In this document: positions 9,740 through 20,064 of the stretch, piece by piece | How positions within the stretch are numbered: the first letter of the stretch is position 1 | Layout of the letters: every line of letters starts with the position of its first letter | DNA from: a virus | Length of the DNA stretch: 64,000 bases | IMG/VR virus record: IMGVR_UViG_3300030294_000015 | Coordinates: 1-64,000 of that record | Strand: one strand, 5' to 3' | The notes under the pieces: generated by a model | What the model saw: only the letters and a program-made list of their open reading frames with translations | Told to the model about the DNA's origin: nothing | Databases searched by the model: none | Program-made: the position numbers and the translations under genes

Positions 9740-11083
9740 TTATACCTCCTTTAATAAATCTAGAATATTTTTTACAGAAGAAATTATATTATTATATTTT
9801 TCTTCTCCATAATTAAATGTTTCAATTGAAACTATAGTTTTTATAGTAAAATACATAAACGTATGATCTAATATCTCTGTAGCATCAAAGTTCTTTGTAT
9901 AATTACATATAACACAAATAAATTTCTTAATTAAATCATTAGGATATTCTCTTGAGTCTAGAACTCTGGCTAATACATTAGTAGCAAAATTTATATCTCT
10001 ACAAGCAAACTTAGTTTTCTTAGTTTCAGAAGTATACTTATAGTTAAAGTCTCTAACCATTCTATTATATTTATCTAATTTCTTAGTAATTTTAGGATTA
10101 GATTTAATAGCATTTTTTAATTCAGAAAAATCTATAGCAGATAAATATCTATCTCTTACTTTCTCCCATTTATCTGCTTCTTTTAATGAGTATTCTAAAT
10201 AAACTTTTAGTAGTATATCATAACTATCTGAATCTAATTGTAGGACATTATTATTTATTTTTTTATTATATTCATTAATTTTATTAACAAGTTTTTCATC
10301 TGCTAATATAGCATTATTTAAGTCTTCTTTGGATAAATTATTTATATTATCTATCCATGTATCATATTCTTTTCTTAAATATTCTGTATATAATTTAAGC
10401 TTTATATCATAATCATCATCTTCTATTTTCATAGCTTCTTTAGCCAAGTCTCTATACCCATCACTCATCTCTTTAGTAGCATTTTGAATACCAGATTCTA
10501 AATCTACAAAAGCTTGGTCAGTTCCTATTTGACTTATAGACATATTAATGAAATCTTTAGCAGCTTTGTTTAATAATGGTATATTACGACCACACATAGA
10601 TACCAAACTATTTTTCATAGAAGAAGGTAATTTATTAAATAAATTTTTGTCTTTTCCAGCTTTTACTTCTCTTATTAGATTAATTAAATCTAGAGCATCT
10701 TTACCACCAATACCAAATAGTGATTGTACAGATTCAGCATCACTATCTTTAATTTCTATACTATTCACATCAAAGTCTTCTATTTCATCTAATGGAATAT
10801 CTTGTCCTGATTTTTGATTTAATTCATCACCTGATATAATAGTATGTAAACCAGTATTTGGATCTATAGAAACAGTTTGATTAAATTCTGTTATTTCAGG
10901 TTTATTTATTACATTTATAGGGTATTCTTTATCTTCTTGTTTTTCTATTAGATCTGGTGTACCAAACATTTCTTTCATTTCTTTTTCAACTAATTCCTTA
11001 TTATATTCTGGATTAGTGATTTTTTTAATTTGTTCTAATTCCTTTTTAGTAAATGTTGATGTTGGTATATTATTATTTGACAT
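9740..11083 (-). CDS. hypothetical protein
   Basis: 447-aa ORF with AGGAG RBS. Confidence 0.7.
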   Translation of the reverse strand: MSNNNIPTSTFTKKELEQIKKITNPEYNKELVEKEMKEMFGTPDLIEKQEDKEYPINVINKPEITEFNQTVSIDPNTGLHTIISGDELNQKSGQDIPLDEIEDFDVNSIEIKDSDAESVQSLFGIGGKDALDLINLIREVKAGKDKNLFNKLPSSMKNSLVSMCGRNIPLLNKAAKDFINMSISQIGTDQAFVDLESGIQNATKEMSDGYRDLAKEAMKIEDDDYDIKLKLYTEYLRKEYDTWIDNINNLSKEDLNNAILADEKLVNKINEYNKKINNNVLQLDSDSYDILLKVYLEYSLKEADKWEKVRDRYLSAIDFSELKNAIKSNPKITKKLDKYNRMVRDFNYKYTSETKKTKFACRDINFATNVLARVLDSREYPNDLIKKFICVICNYTKNFDATEILDHTFMYFTIKTIVSIETFNYGEEKYNNIISSVKNILDLLKEV

Positions 11084-11097
11084 ATTATATCTCTCCT

Positions 11098-11907
11098 CTA
11101 TTCTTCATCTATTTCTGAACTATGTTGCATATCTAAAATATTTCCTACAGGAATAAGTCCTACAGAATCTATTTTGAATCTAATGTCTGTTATTAATATT
11201 GACTTATATTCTGAATATAATATTGGTAGAATTATATTCTTATAAAAATCACAATTACATGTAAAGTTTTGTCGTATATAATTAGAAACACTTGAATTAT
11301 TTTTATACATATAATTTAGGATAGTATCAAACGAAAAATCTATTCCTCTCATATTCTCTAAAACAAAGTTTAAGTTAGAAATAATAAGACCTAATTCTTG
11401 ATTATCATAGTTAGACTTATTGTAAATAGTAGCAGAATCTTTTTGTTTTTTAAATCTAGCAATACCAAAAGCTTCATATAATCCTTTATATTCTGACATG
11501 ATATAATTAGCATAAAAATCTGATATAGCATTTCTAAAGTTAGATATAATTAAATTATACAGACTATATGCAGCGGTATATATATCTGTAACTTCCTCAA
11601 TATCATGGAATGTGAAATCAAATTTATTACAAACTATGTTTATAATAGATCTGTATGTACTGTCTCTTAGTATTTTTATTTGTTCTAAATATGGAGCACA
11701 ATCATCTAGATTAGAAATTTCATTTTTAAAAGTTAATTCACAAGCTGCTGGTAAATTAGATAATTCATTTACAGCATTAAATCTAAAGTTTATATTTTCA
11801 TTTATAATGTCTAATATTACATCATCATCAAATCTACTAATTATATCAGATAGATTCGATTCAGTCATTATTTTTATAGACGTTGGATCGGATAGCATGT
11901 TACTCAT
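11098..11907 (-). CDS. hypothetical protein, probably virion structural
   Basis: GGAGG RBS and late promoter at 11938-11949. Confidence 0.65.
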   Translation of the reverse strand: MSNMLSDPTSIKIMTESNLSDIISRFDDDVILDIINENINFRFNAVNELSNLPAACELTFKNEISNLDDCAPYLEQIKILRDSTYRSIINIVCNKFDFTFHDIEEVTDIYTAAYSLYNLIISNFRNAISDFYANYIMSEYKGLYEAFGIARFKKQKDSATIYNKSNYDNQELGLIISNLNFVLENMRGIDFSFDTILNYMYKNNSSVSNYIRQNFTCNCDFYKNIILPILYSEYKSILITDIRFKIDSVGLIPVGNILDMQHSSEIDEE

Positions 11908-11998
11908 AAATAATCCTCCTTTAATTTTTTAATATATTACTTCTTTGTTGTATATAGGGTAAAAAATAAAAATGGGAAATTAATCCCATTTTATATTA

Positions 11999-12376
11999 TT
12001 AATTACCATAAACTTCAGTATGTGCTTTTGTTTTACACTCTTCAATATAAGTATTATAGGTTGCAAAATTTTCAGTATCCGTTCCATTAATTTTTTCTCT
12101 TAATATTTTATATTCATCATCAGATGAGTATTTCTCTCTTATATAGTGCACTGTAAAATTATTATATCTTTCTTTTTTATCTTCATCGGTTTCTACTTTG
12201 ACAGATATAATTCCACCTTCAATCCATTTAGAATTATCCCATTTTGGTTTTATAAATCCTTGAGGACAAATTGTTTCAATACAATCACTTGGAATTGATT
12301 CACTGTCTTCTATTAAAACATCTTCTACAAAATAGCCATCACTATCAATTTTTAATACTTTTTTCATCTTAAACAC
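11999..12376 (-). CDS. Tail-fibre assembly chaperone-like protein
   Basis: KIDSDGYFVEDV..PQGFIKPKWDNSKWIEG pattern typical of Firmicutes phage fibre-assembly proteins; follows a fibre-tip-like gene. Confidence 0.5.
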   Translation of the reverse strand: MFKMKKVLKIDSDGYFVEDVLIEDSESIPSDCIETICPQGFIKPKWDNSKWIEGGIISVKVETDEDKKERYNNFTVHYIREKYSSDDEYKILREKINGTDTENFATYNTYIEECKTKAHTEVYGN

Positions 12377-12794
12377 CTACCCTAAAACTTATACCATCTA
12401 AAGAAACACATTTGTCAATATAAGTATTTATTTTTACTTCTCCAATATTATTTATCTCTATTGACGTCAGATTAATGACACTACTAGTTGGTGTTTTTCC
12501 TGAATTTTGTGAAAATTTAACTATTGCTAAAGGTCTATAAGATTCAGGCATTTGAAATATTACAGTTCCAGAAACCGTTGCACTTGTTCCTCCATTGGTT
12601 ACACTACCCTTTAAATGTACATATCCCAATGAATCTTTACAGTAACCAACTGTACTATAACCATTTCCATAGTTTACCCAAGAATTAATTAATGTTGGAT
12701 CTATTGGACTTTCACATGTTGTTATTAAAGATATTATTTTATCTTTAAAATTTGATAATATAGAATATAAATTATCTTTGTTAATTAAACTCAT
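12369..12794 (-). CDS. Short tail-fibre / receptor-binding tip domain protein
   Basis: PTLINSWVNY..GYVHLKGSV..IFQMPESYRP..VSLDGISF is a common tail-fibre C-terminal beta domain. Confidence 0.55.
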   Translation of the reverse strand: MSLINKDNLYSILSNFKDKIISLITTCESPIDPTLINSWVNYGNGYSTVGYCKDSLGYVHLKGSVTNGGTSATVSGTVIFQMPESYRPLAIVKFSQNSGKTPTSSVINLTSIEINNIGEVKINTYIDKCVSLDGISFRVGV

Positions 12795-12814
12795 TATTAT
12801 TCCTCCTTTAATAA

Positions 12815-15007
12815 TTAATCATCACCATAAAATCCTGTAAATACTTCATCAGGAATTTTAAATCCTTGTGATTGAACATTTCTTGTCATACATTCCATTT
12901 CTACATCAGTCATATTATTTGATTTAGCATATGCATCTCTTCCGTGTTTTGTTTGTAATATCTTTTCAAGAGCGTCATTATCTCTTTGTCTTTCTTCTTC
13001 CATCCATTGTTTGTATGTTTTACCAGCACCTTGTTTTAAGAAATTAATTTCTTTTTGTACTAAATCATCTGTTTCTAAATATGTTTCTATTTCTGAAGTT
13101 ATATCATTATAACCATCATTAAAACTAATAGCTTCTTCATACTTATCTTCATCATTTTTAATAGAACCTAATTGTACTCCCCAATTTTCTTCTAGGTGAT
13201 TAGGTGAACCTTCATACCATACATATAAAGCTAATAAATAAGACATTAGTTGGTCATCATGACCTGTATTACTATGATCTATTCTGTTTCTCTTTCTAAC
13301 TAATGTTTTTAATTCTTTAGCTAATATAGGAGATATAAATTTACCTTTATGATTATTAACTCTGATTCTAAGTATTTCCATTAGTGTTTCTCTAGAATTT
13401 CCAGTATTATCAAAACCATAATTTTTAACTAAAGCTTTTCTCTTGCTTAAAGTTTGACCTAAACTAGATCTATCTTCGATAACCTTTTCTTTATATTCAA
13501 AGTACAATCTATTTTTAATACTTGAATTCTTTAAGTCAGCTAATACTGCTTGTCCAAAACCACCATTTCTTTCTACATTAATTATACATTTAGAATTTGG
13601 CAAACAAGTCATTACATATTGGTATATAACCATAGCAAATTCATGTTGATTAATATAGTTACAATTAAAGTCCGCTACAACTTCAGTGGTTCTTGAGTTA
13701 ATTACGGTAAACGTAGATGAGTCTCTACTCAAACCTCCAGAAACGTCGACTCCGATTATGAATGTATCTCTTAATAACTCAATATTGTTCATAGCTTGTT
13801 TATAAATATTGACTCTATAGTGTCCTATTGGAACAGTTGCTAAAGGTTCTTTTAAACATAAAGATTCTATTAATGCTAAGTCAGATTTACTAAATGGATT
13901 ATCTCCAGAAGCTTCAGACCATTCAAGTAATACTTCTCTTCTGATAGCATCCCAATCTTTTTGCATTTCAAGACATATAGATCTAAACCATGCTTCAGAT
14001 CTTCCTAATTGTTGATACGTGAACCTAATATGAATAAATGTAGAATTTTCATTCTTATTTAGTATATCTCTTATTTCATTTATAGGTAAATCATACCACA
14101 TTTCATTAAACTCTGTTGCTAATTCTGTCATTCTATAAGCATAAGCACCTTCTTCAGTAGTTAAATCTCCAGGAGTTGTAGTAATAGCAATTCCATAAGG
14201 AGCATTATTTCTCTTTGCATTTTCTGATGCTGTTTTATAAGCAGGAGTAGCAGATAAGTAAACTATATTATTATATGGAATAAACGCAAATTCATCATAC
14301 CATTGTCTAGGTTGAGTACATCCTCTTCCTAGGGTATTAGCTTTAATTTTACTATTAGCAGAAGCAACTGTTACTATTCTATTTCTATTCATAGAATTTT
14401 CTAATATTTCTACTCTATCAATAGTTTTTACTTTCTTGCCAGTAACAGGATCGACTAAATCTTGAGACATTTGTAAGTATGATGGTAAAGCTCTACGTAT
14501 TTCTTTAAGTCTTGCTAAATTTAATTTACTATCTTCAAATTTCTTATTAATGAATGCCATTTCAGAGTTTCTAGTACCAAATAAGAATTCCCATAGTATT
14601 CTACAAATTACAGCTATTGTTTTACCATGTTGTCGAGGTAATTCACAGAATACATTCCAATTATTTATAAGACAATAGTTTAATGCTAAATTTCCTCTAT
14701 GTAATTCATACATTTTACCAGAATTAGCAGAACCACCCTGTTCAGGAATACGTAATACTTCTCTTAGAAAGTACCAATAATTATATGTACATTCTCTAAA
14801 TACTCTTTGTTTTATTTGATAATTTATATTTGGATCTCTAGGATCAATAGACATTAGTAATGGATCTGTAACGGCTAAAAAGAAACTATTATTTTGTATT
14901 CCTTTAGATCTAAGAATGACATGCATATTCATATATGATGTATTCTTAGTATTATTCTGTATGTAATACTTCTTATTAGCCATAACTGGAGCTTGTAATA
15001 AAGCCAT
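12815..15007 (-). CDS. terL: Terminase large subunit
   Basis: Walker A LPRQHGKT, Walker B WYDEFAF, coupling motif TTTPG, nuclease GVDVSGG and HDD. Start placed at ATG 15007 after GAGGAGG. Confidence 0.93.
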   Translation of the reverse strand: MALLQAPVMANKKYYIQNNTKNTSYMNMHVILRSKGIQNNSFFLAVTDPLLMSIDPRDPNINYQIKQRVFRECTYNYWYFLREVLRIPEQGGSANSGKMYELHRGNLALNYCLINNWNVFCELPRQHGKTIAVICRILWEFLFGTRNSEMAFINKKFEDSKLNLARLKEIRRALPSYLQMSQDLVDPVTGKKVKTIDRVEILENSMNRNRIVTVASANSKIKANTLGRGCTQPRQWYDEFAFIPYNNIVYLSATPAYKTASENAKRNNAPYGIAITTTPGDLTTEEGAYAYRMTELATEFNEMWYDLPINEIRDILNKNENSTFIHIRFTYQQLGRSEAWFRSICLEMQKDWDAIRREVLLEWSEASGDNPFSKSDLALIESLCLKEPLATVPIGHYRVNIYKQAMNNIELLRDTFIIGVDVSGGLSRDSSTFTVINSRTTEVVADFNCNYINQHEFAMVIYQYVMTCLPNSKCIINVERNGGFGQAVLADLKNSSIKNRLYFEYKEKVIEDRSSLGQTLSKRKALVKNYGFDNTGNSRETLMEILRIRVNNHKGKFISPILAKELKTLVRKRNRIDHSNTGHDDQLMSYLLALYVWYEGSPNHLEENWGVQLGSIKNDEDKYEEAISFNDGYNDITSEIETYLETDDLVQKEINFLKQGAGKTYKQWMEEERQRDNDALEKILQTKHGRDAYAKSNNMTDVEMECMTRNVQSQGFKIPDEVFTGFYGDD

Positions 15008-15031
15008 TAAATTTCCTCCTCTCACATAAAT

Positions 15032-15043
15032 TACTTAAATGTT
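15032..15043 (-). promoter_or_regulatory. Late promoter AACA-N6-TA (terminase)
   Basis: AACA TTTAAG TA. Confidence 0.7.
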
Positions 15044-15247
15044 GAAAGGAGGTAAAACTCAGAAGGGATTTACCCTTCTGAATTAATTAACATTATTTAG
15101 TTTCATCAAATATATCTACAGAATGTTTTTCTACTATCTCTAATGTCTTACTATTATCATGAGTATTAATTACAGTAGGTGCAACACTTTCTAATACACT
15201 AATACTTCCATCTTTAAATATCCTAATAACAATACCATGCTTTTCAT

Positions 15248-16366
15248 TTATAATATTTTTAAATCATCCATTATACTTATTCTTTCATATGTAAGATTGT
15301 CTTCAATCCATTCTAATAGAACAGATTTTTTGATAGTCTCTTTATCATCATTCAATGATCTAGAAATTTGAAGATACCATTCTTGTGAAAAATACAATTG
15401 TTTATATGTATATCTGATGTGTACAAATGAATTACTTGATTTTTTAGAAACCATATCTTTAATATCTTCAACAGATTTATCATACCATGTATCATCAAAT
15501 TTAATTCCACTATTCATTAAATCAAATACATATTTTTGAGAAGGTATTCTTTTATCACCAGAAAAAGTTGTAGCTATAATACCATATGGATTTTTATCTT
15601 TTTCTGATACTTGTTTAATTATATCATTGAATATTTTTAGTTTTTCCTCAGATAATAATATATCTATATTATTAATATTAACTAGATCAAAATAACATTG
15701 TCTAGGTTGAGTTAATCCTCTAGCTACTATTTCCGATTTTTGTTTGGTATTTCCTGAAGGTATACAAATAATTTTATTATGATTTAAATTATTTAATAAT
15801 TTTTCTTTATAATCCTTATGATTAGTCATTGCTTTAAATATTATTCCTTTTTCCATTCGTAGGTATGATGGTAATAATTTTCTGAGATCTTTAAATTTAG
15901 TTAAATCCAATTGATTTTTTTCAAAGCTTTTATCTATAAATGAAGTGTTTAAATATTTAGTACCAAATAAGAACTCCCATAATATTCTACATAATACAGA
16001 TATATCTTTATATCCATAAGTTGGTAATTCTAATATAGTATTTAAATTATTTATAACACAGAAATTTAATGCTAGATTACCTTTATGTAATTCGTACATT
16101 TTATAAGGTATATTAGAACCTTGTATTGGTATTCTTACAATTTCTCTTAGAAAGTACCAATAATTTAATGTACATTCTTTAAATATTCTTTGTTTAATTT
16201 CATATGATAAATTTGGATCATATGGATCAAGATTTTCTAAAGACTCATCAAATAATGCTAAAAAGAATTTATTATTTTCAACTTTCTCCTGTTTTAATAT
16301 TGCAACCATTTTTACGAATGACATATTCTTAGTTGTGACATGAATATTGTATTTAATTTCTTCCAT
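15248..16366 (-). CDS. Degenerate terminase ATPase-domain paralog (no nuclease domain)
   Basis: Closely similar to the adjacent TerL N-terminus (ECTLNYWYFLRE, MYELHKGNLALN, RILWEFLFGT, RGLTQPRQ), but Walker A is LPTYGYKD and Walker B is CYFDL. Confidence 0.85.
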   Translation of the reverse strand: MEEIKYNIHVTTKNMSFVKMVAILKQEKVENNKFFLALFDESLENLDPYDPNLSYEIKQRIFKECTLNYWYFLREIVRIPIQGSNIPYKMYELHKGNLALNFCVINNLNTILELPTYGYKDISVLCRILWEFLFGTKYLNTSFIDKSFEKNQLDLTKFKDLRKLLPSYLRMEKGIIFKAMTNHKDYKEKLLNNLNHNKIICIPSGNTKQKSEIVARGLTQPRQCYFDLVNINNIDILLSEEKLKIFNDIIKQVSEKDKNPYGIIATTFSGDKRIPSQKYVFDLMNSGIKFDDTWYDKSVEDIKDMVSKKSSNSFVHIRYTYKQLYFSQEWYLQISRSLNDDKETIKKSVLLEWIEDNLTYERISIMDDLKIL

Positions 16367-16427
16367 TTTATTTTCCTCCTTATATTTAAAATAAAGATAA
16401 CAGAAATTAATCTGTCATCTTATTACA

Positions 16428-17324
16428 TTATTCTGATTTTGTATAATGATTAGCTTTATATTTCTCTTCTAATGATTCAGCTTCTTCATCTGTCATATCG
16501 TCATATAACATAAATATTTCTTTTAATAATCTATCTGTATTATTATCTAATTTTTCAAATTGTTCTTTAATCCATTCATTAGAATATCCTAAAGTTTTTA
16601 CATCATAATTTAACATTTTAAAATTATGACCACTATGATCTTTAGTAAATCTATATTTAATGTTTCTAGAATCTCCACTAGAATTACTTATTATTGTAGT
16701 AATTCCAGTATCTAATAAAAATTTAGATGGAGCTAAATCAGACACATTCATATAAATTATCAAACCTATATTTATATTATTGCTATTCAATTTTTCAAAT
16801 TGTTCTTTATCATAATTATGATATAATATTCTTGATGATAATTCATTAAGAGGTTTAATCTTTAAATATTTAGGTATATTATCATATAACTTTGATATAT
16901 CCATATTCTTAGCCTCACTATATTTATCAGTAGTATAAAACATTATACATTCATCTGTGAATAATAACTTATACATCATATATCCAATAATTAAATCATT
17001 TACATGAGTACCTTTTGGATGATCCACAACTATATTATTTTTATTAGTATGTACTAATTTAATACTCATAAAACCAGTTATATCTATTGGCATTGGTATT
17101 AATTCATCATTTACATTTATTTTAAGCTTGTCCAAGAAGTACAAAGGATTATTCATACAATTATGTAATTCTAATACACCTTTATATTTTTCATCTATTG
17201 TGTCATTGATTGCAATATTTCCATCTTCATTTAATACATCAATCACCTTACATTTTTTATCTGATGCAATATCAGAATACAATTTTAGAAAGTTATCATT
17301 TAATTTCATTTTATAACACCTCAT
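16428..17324 (-). CDS. Second, more diverged terminase ATPase-like paralog
   Basis: NCMNNPLYFL, IPKYLK and LGYSNEWIKEQ..LKEIFMLY align with TerL ECTYNYWYFL, LPSYLQ and LGRSEAWFRSI..RREVLLEW; no Walker motifs. Confidence 0.55.
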   Translation of the reverse strand: MRCYKMKLNDNFLKLYSDIASDKKCKVIDVLNEDGNIAINDTIDEKYKGVLELHNCMNNPLYFLDKLKINVNDELIPMPIDITGFMSIKLVHTNKNNIVVDHPKGTHVNDLIIGYMMYKLLFTDECIMFYTTDKYSEAKNMDISKLYDNIPKYLKIKPLNELSSRILYHNYDKEQFEKLNSNNINIGLIIYMNVSDLAPSKFLLDTGITTIISNSSGDSRNIKYRFTKDHSGHNFKMLNYDVKTLGYSNEWIKEQFEKLDNNTDRLLKEIFMLYDDMTDEEAESLEEKYKANHYTKSE

Positions 17325-17381
17325 TCATAATATTTTACATTTATTAGTTATTTACTTATTATCTTTTGAAATATCGTATTT

Positions 17382-18227
17382 TTAATCTGTTATTTCTATC
17401 TCTTCAACAGTAACATACTTAGGTTCATTTTTAATTTTATTAAATTTTCCTTCAGAAATTTTAGATAATATTTCAACTAATGCTTGTGCATTTGTTTTTT
17501 CTAATATATTTCTGACTCCTGATGGTATTATAGTATCTATTATTTCTTGATTAATTATAGGATCATCTGATATAGCAATATCACTTAACATTTTTGTTTC
17601 ATCTGTAATTTCAATAGTGATATCTTCGTATGGGTCTGTAATATCTTTTAATATTTCTTCACTATTTTCTTTTAAATACTTACTTACTTTAGTATAAGAT
17701 TTATCAATACTATCTTCACCAAAACCACGGAATTTAACTCGACTAGGAAATACTTTCACTAGATTTCCTGAATCATCTCTTTTGATTGTAATTGCAATTC
17801 CAAAAATATGTAATATTTGATTGACTTGTAATACTAATCCAGTATCTTGAAACCACTTCCATGATTTTTCTTTGGAATATGGATTTTCTGGATATGATTC
17901 TCTATTATTATTATGGTTTTCCATATATATTACAGGTATTTCTAGATCTTCAGCATACTTTATTTCTTTTATAGTATTATTCCCTACATAACTATCTTTA
18001 TCTATGATATATACAATGTCACTCATTCTTATTTTCTTTAAATGGTTTTGAAATAACATTTCTTGTTGTTCTTCATCTAAATTTTCTACATCAGTATGAT
18101 CAAATATAGTTGGAGCTAATACAATAGCCCCTCCTAATGTAAATTCTCTTATTTTCTTTTGGAATTCCTCTTTAAACTTATTACTTCCAGATAGACATAT
18201 TACTTTCCCTTTAATATCAATATTCAT
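17382..18227 (-). CDS. Nucleoside 2-deoxyribosyltransferase-like (Rossmannoid) domain fused to an unknown domain
   Basis: VICLSGS..F, KIRMSDIVYII and YVGNNTIKEIKYA..IPV. Confidence 0.55.
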   Translation of the reverse strand: MNIDIKGKVICLSGSNKFKEEFQKKIREFTLGGAIVLAPTIFDHTDVENLDEEQQEMLFQNHLKKIRMSDIVYIIDKDSYVGNNTIKEIKYAEDLEIPVIYMENHNNNRESYPENPYSKEKSWKWFQDTGLVLQVNQILHIFGIAITIKRDDSGNLVKVFPSRVKFRGFGEDSIDKSYTKVSKYLKENSEEILKDITDPYEDITIEITDETKMLSDIAISDDPIINQEIIDTIIPSGVRNILEKTNAQALVEILSKISEGKFNKIKNEPKYVTVEEIEITD

Positions 18228-18298
18228 ATCATATCTCCTTTATATTACAATTTCTAGCACGTTTTTTAAGAATATCCCAATAATGGTATTCTGATTTT

Positions 18299-18553
18299 TT
18301 AAATCCCATAATTTATAACCTCCAATTCTAATTTAATAATTAAATTGTATAATTTCTTATCATCCATATTTTTTAAAGTATCTAAATCATATTCTGGTTT
18401 ATATTGTTTAATGATTTCTATTAATTGAGCTTTTGTATATGATTTTCCACTACGACGATTTAATAAAACATTTTTAATATGATTTAAATTAGGATTATCA
18501 TTTCCTTTTTCATCAATTAATTTAATAAGATCTTTTATATCATTTCCATTCAA
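18299..18553 (-). CDS. hypothetical protein
   Basis: 84-aa ORF containing an isolated RRSGKS segment. Confidence 0.5.
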   Translation of the reverse strand: MNGNDIKDLIKLIDEKGNDNPNLNHIKNVLLNRRSGKSYTKAQLIEIIKQYKPEYDLDTLKNMDDKKLYNLIIKLELEVINYGI

Positions 18554-18557
18554 ATAA

Positions 18558-19421
18558 TTAATCTGTTATTTCTACTCTATATCTATATAAAGCAGGATAT
18601 ATTATATCTTTATATTGAGGTATATATTGTCCTCCTTTTTCATAATAGTAATAATCTGCTACTCTTTTAATATATGATTCTTTAGCTTCTTTATAAGCAT
18701 AAAAAGCTTCCTCTGGATTTGAAAAAGTCCCTAAAAATAAATTTTTAGTCTTTGGTATACTAATTCTTAGCTCTGATATATATTTATTGCAACCATTACT
18801 ATAAAAAACACCTATAGGTAAATCACCTCTAACCTTATCACATTTTATAAACAATATATTTATTCTTTGAGGTACAAATATACATGTATCAGGACTATAT
18901 ATTTTATTATTTTTAATTAATATATCTTTATCTAAACTCATCATTTCATTTGGAAATTGATAATAATTCTGATAATACCATTCAATAAAATTTTGGAAAT
19001 TATGAAATCTTTTATCAACAGTTACTTTTATATATGTATTACATAAATTTTTAAAATTTACTGAACAACTTCGGTTTATCATTTGTAGCCAACATCTATA
19101 TATAATAGGTATATCTTTTGGTCTATAACCTTCCCCTAAATATCCTGTATTGCAACATGATAAATCATAAGGAGATTTCATACATCCTTTTAAAAATTTA
19201 TCATAAGATCTATTATATACAATATAATAATTTATCTTTCCATTTTTCATAATATTAATAATACAAACATCTATATCTATACTATTTCTATAATCTACTA
19301 TTATCATTGGAGACCCATAAAAGTTATAATTAATCTCTCCAATTCTTGGGTGGTTATTTTTATTAGGTTTATCTCTTGTCATAAATTTCTTTAATTCTAG
19401 ATCTTCTTTTTCTATAAACAT
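18558..19421 (-). CDS. Free-standing HNH-type homing endonuclease with AP2-like C-terminus
   Basis: WLQMINRS, FHNFQNFIEWY, LDKDIL..YSPDTCIFVP..IN, LPIGV and LGTF..PEEAF.AY. Confidence 0.75.
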   Translation of the reverse strand: MFIEKEDLELKKFMTRDKPNKNNHPRIGEINYNFYGSPMIIVDYRNSIDIDVCIINIMKNGKINYYIVYNRSYDKFLKGCMKSPYDLSCCNTGYLGEGYRPKDIPIIYRCWLQMINRSCSVNFKNLCNTYIKVTVDKRFHNFQNFIEWYYQNYYQFPNEMMSLDKDILIKNNKIYSPDTCIFVPQRINILFIKCDKVRGDLPIGVFYSNGCNKYISELRISIPKTKNLFLGTFSNPEEAFYAYKEAKESYIKRVADYYYYEKGGQYIPQYKDIIYPALYRYRVEITD

Positions 19422-19446
19422 AATATATTCATCCTCTCTTGTAAGT

Positions 19447-20004
19447 TTATATGTCTTTAATAAATAATACAGAAGTACATTTACATTCTTTATAATAGTA
19501 TGGAAAGCATATAGGACATATTATATCTTTACTCCATATATTAGGTAAATCTTTCACTTTATTAAAATCATTATTTAAAAGCAACTTCTCTGAATTTACT
19601 TTTATTCCATTAAATAGATTAGATTGAACAGCAACTGCTATTATAAAATGATAAGAGTTATCTTTAGCAAATTTTACCACTTCATTTAACAAAGCTTGTC
19701 CATATGATTTATGTTGATATTCCTTTTTTATAATAATACCATCAATATAGATTACTTTGTCATTATTAGAAGGAATTATATTTTTTAATTTTTTATATCT
19801 CTGTATTAATTCTATATTACTAGATTCAGAAAATGTAATAAATCCTATATTCTCTTCTTCATTATCAATTAATCTACAATGTATAGAGTTATCATAATAA
19901 CAATCAGTATAATTATCTAATGATGTTTTATAATCAGCAGAAAATTCTTTATTGTCTAATTTAGAAATCCAATTTATATCATCTTTTTTCATATCTCTTA
20001 TCAT
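19447..20004 (-). CDS. GNAT-family acetyltransferase
   Basis: IGFI, YIDGIIIKKEYQHKSYGQALL (acetyl-CoA binding motif A); C-terminal CPIC..CKC. Confidence 0.8.
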   Translation of the reverse strand: MIRDMKKDDINWISKLDNKEFSADYKTSLDNYTDCYYDNSIHCRLIDNEEENIGFITFSESSNIELIQRYKKLKNIIPSNNDKVIYIDGIIIKKEYQHKSYGQALLNEVVKFAKDNSYHFIIAVAVQSNLFNGIKVNSEKLLLNNDFNKVKDLPNIWSKDIICPICFPYYYKECKCTSVLFIKDI

Positions 20005-20064
20005 TTATATTACCCCCTTTTCATAGAAGAAAGATTATAATAATCCTTCTAGAATGAAATTATA

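Noticed and set aside
18299-18553. P-loop NTPase call from RRSGKS
   Set aside because: The protein is only 84 aa and has no Walker B; at most an isolated snippet.
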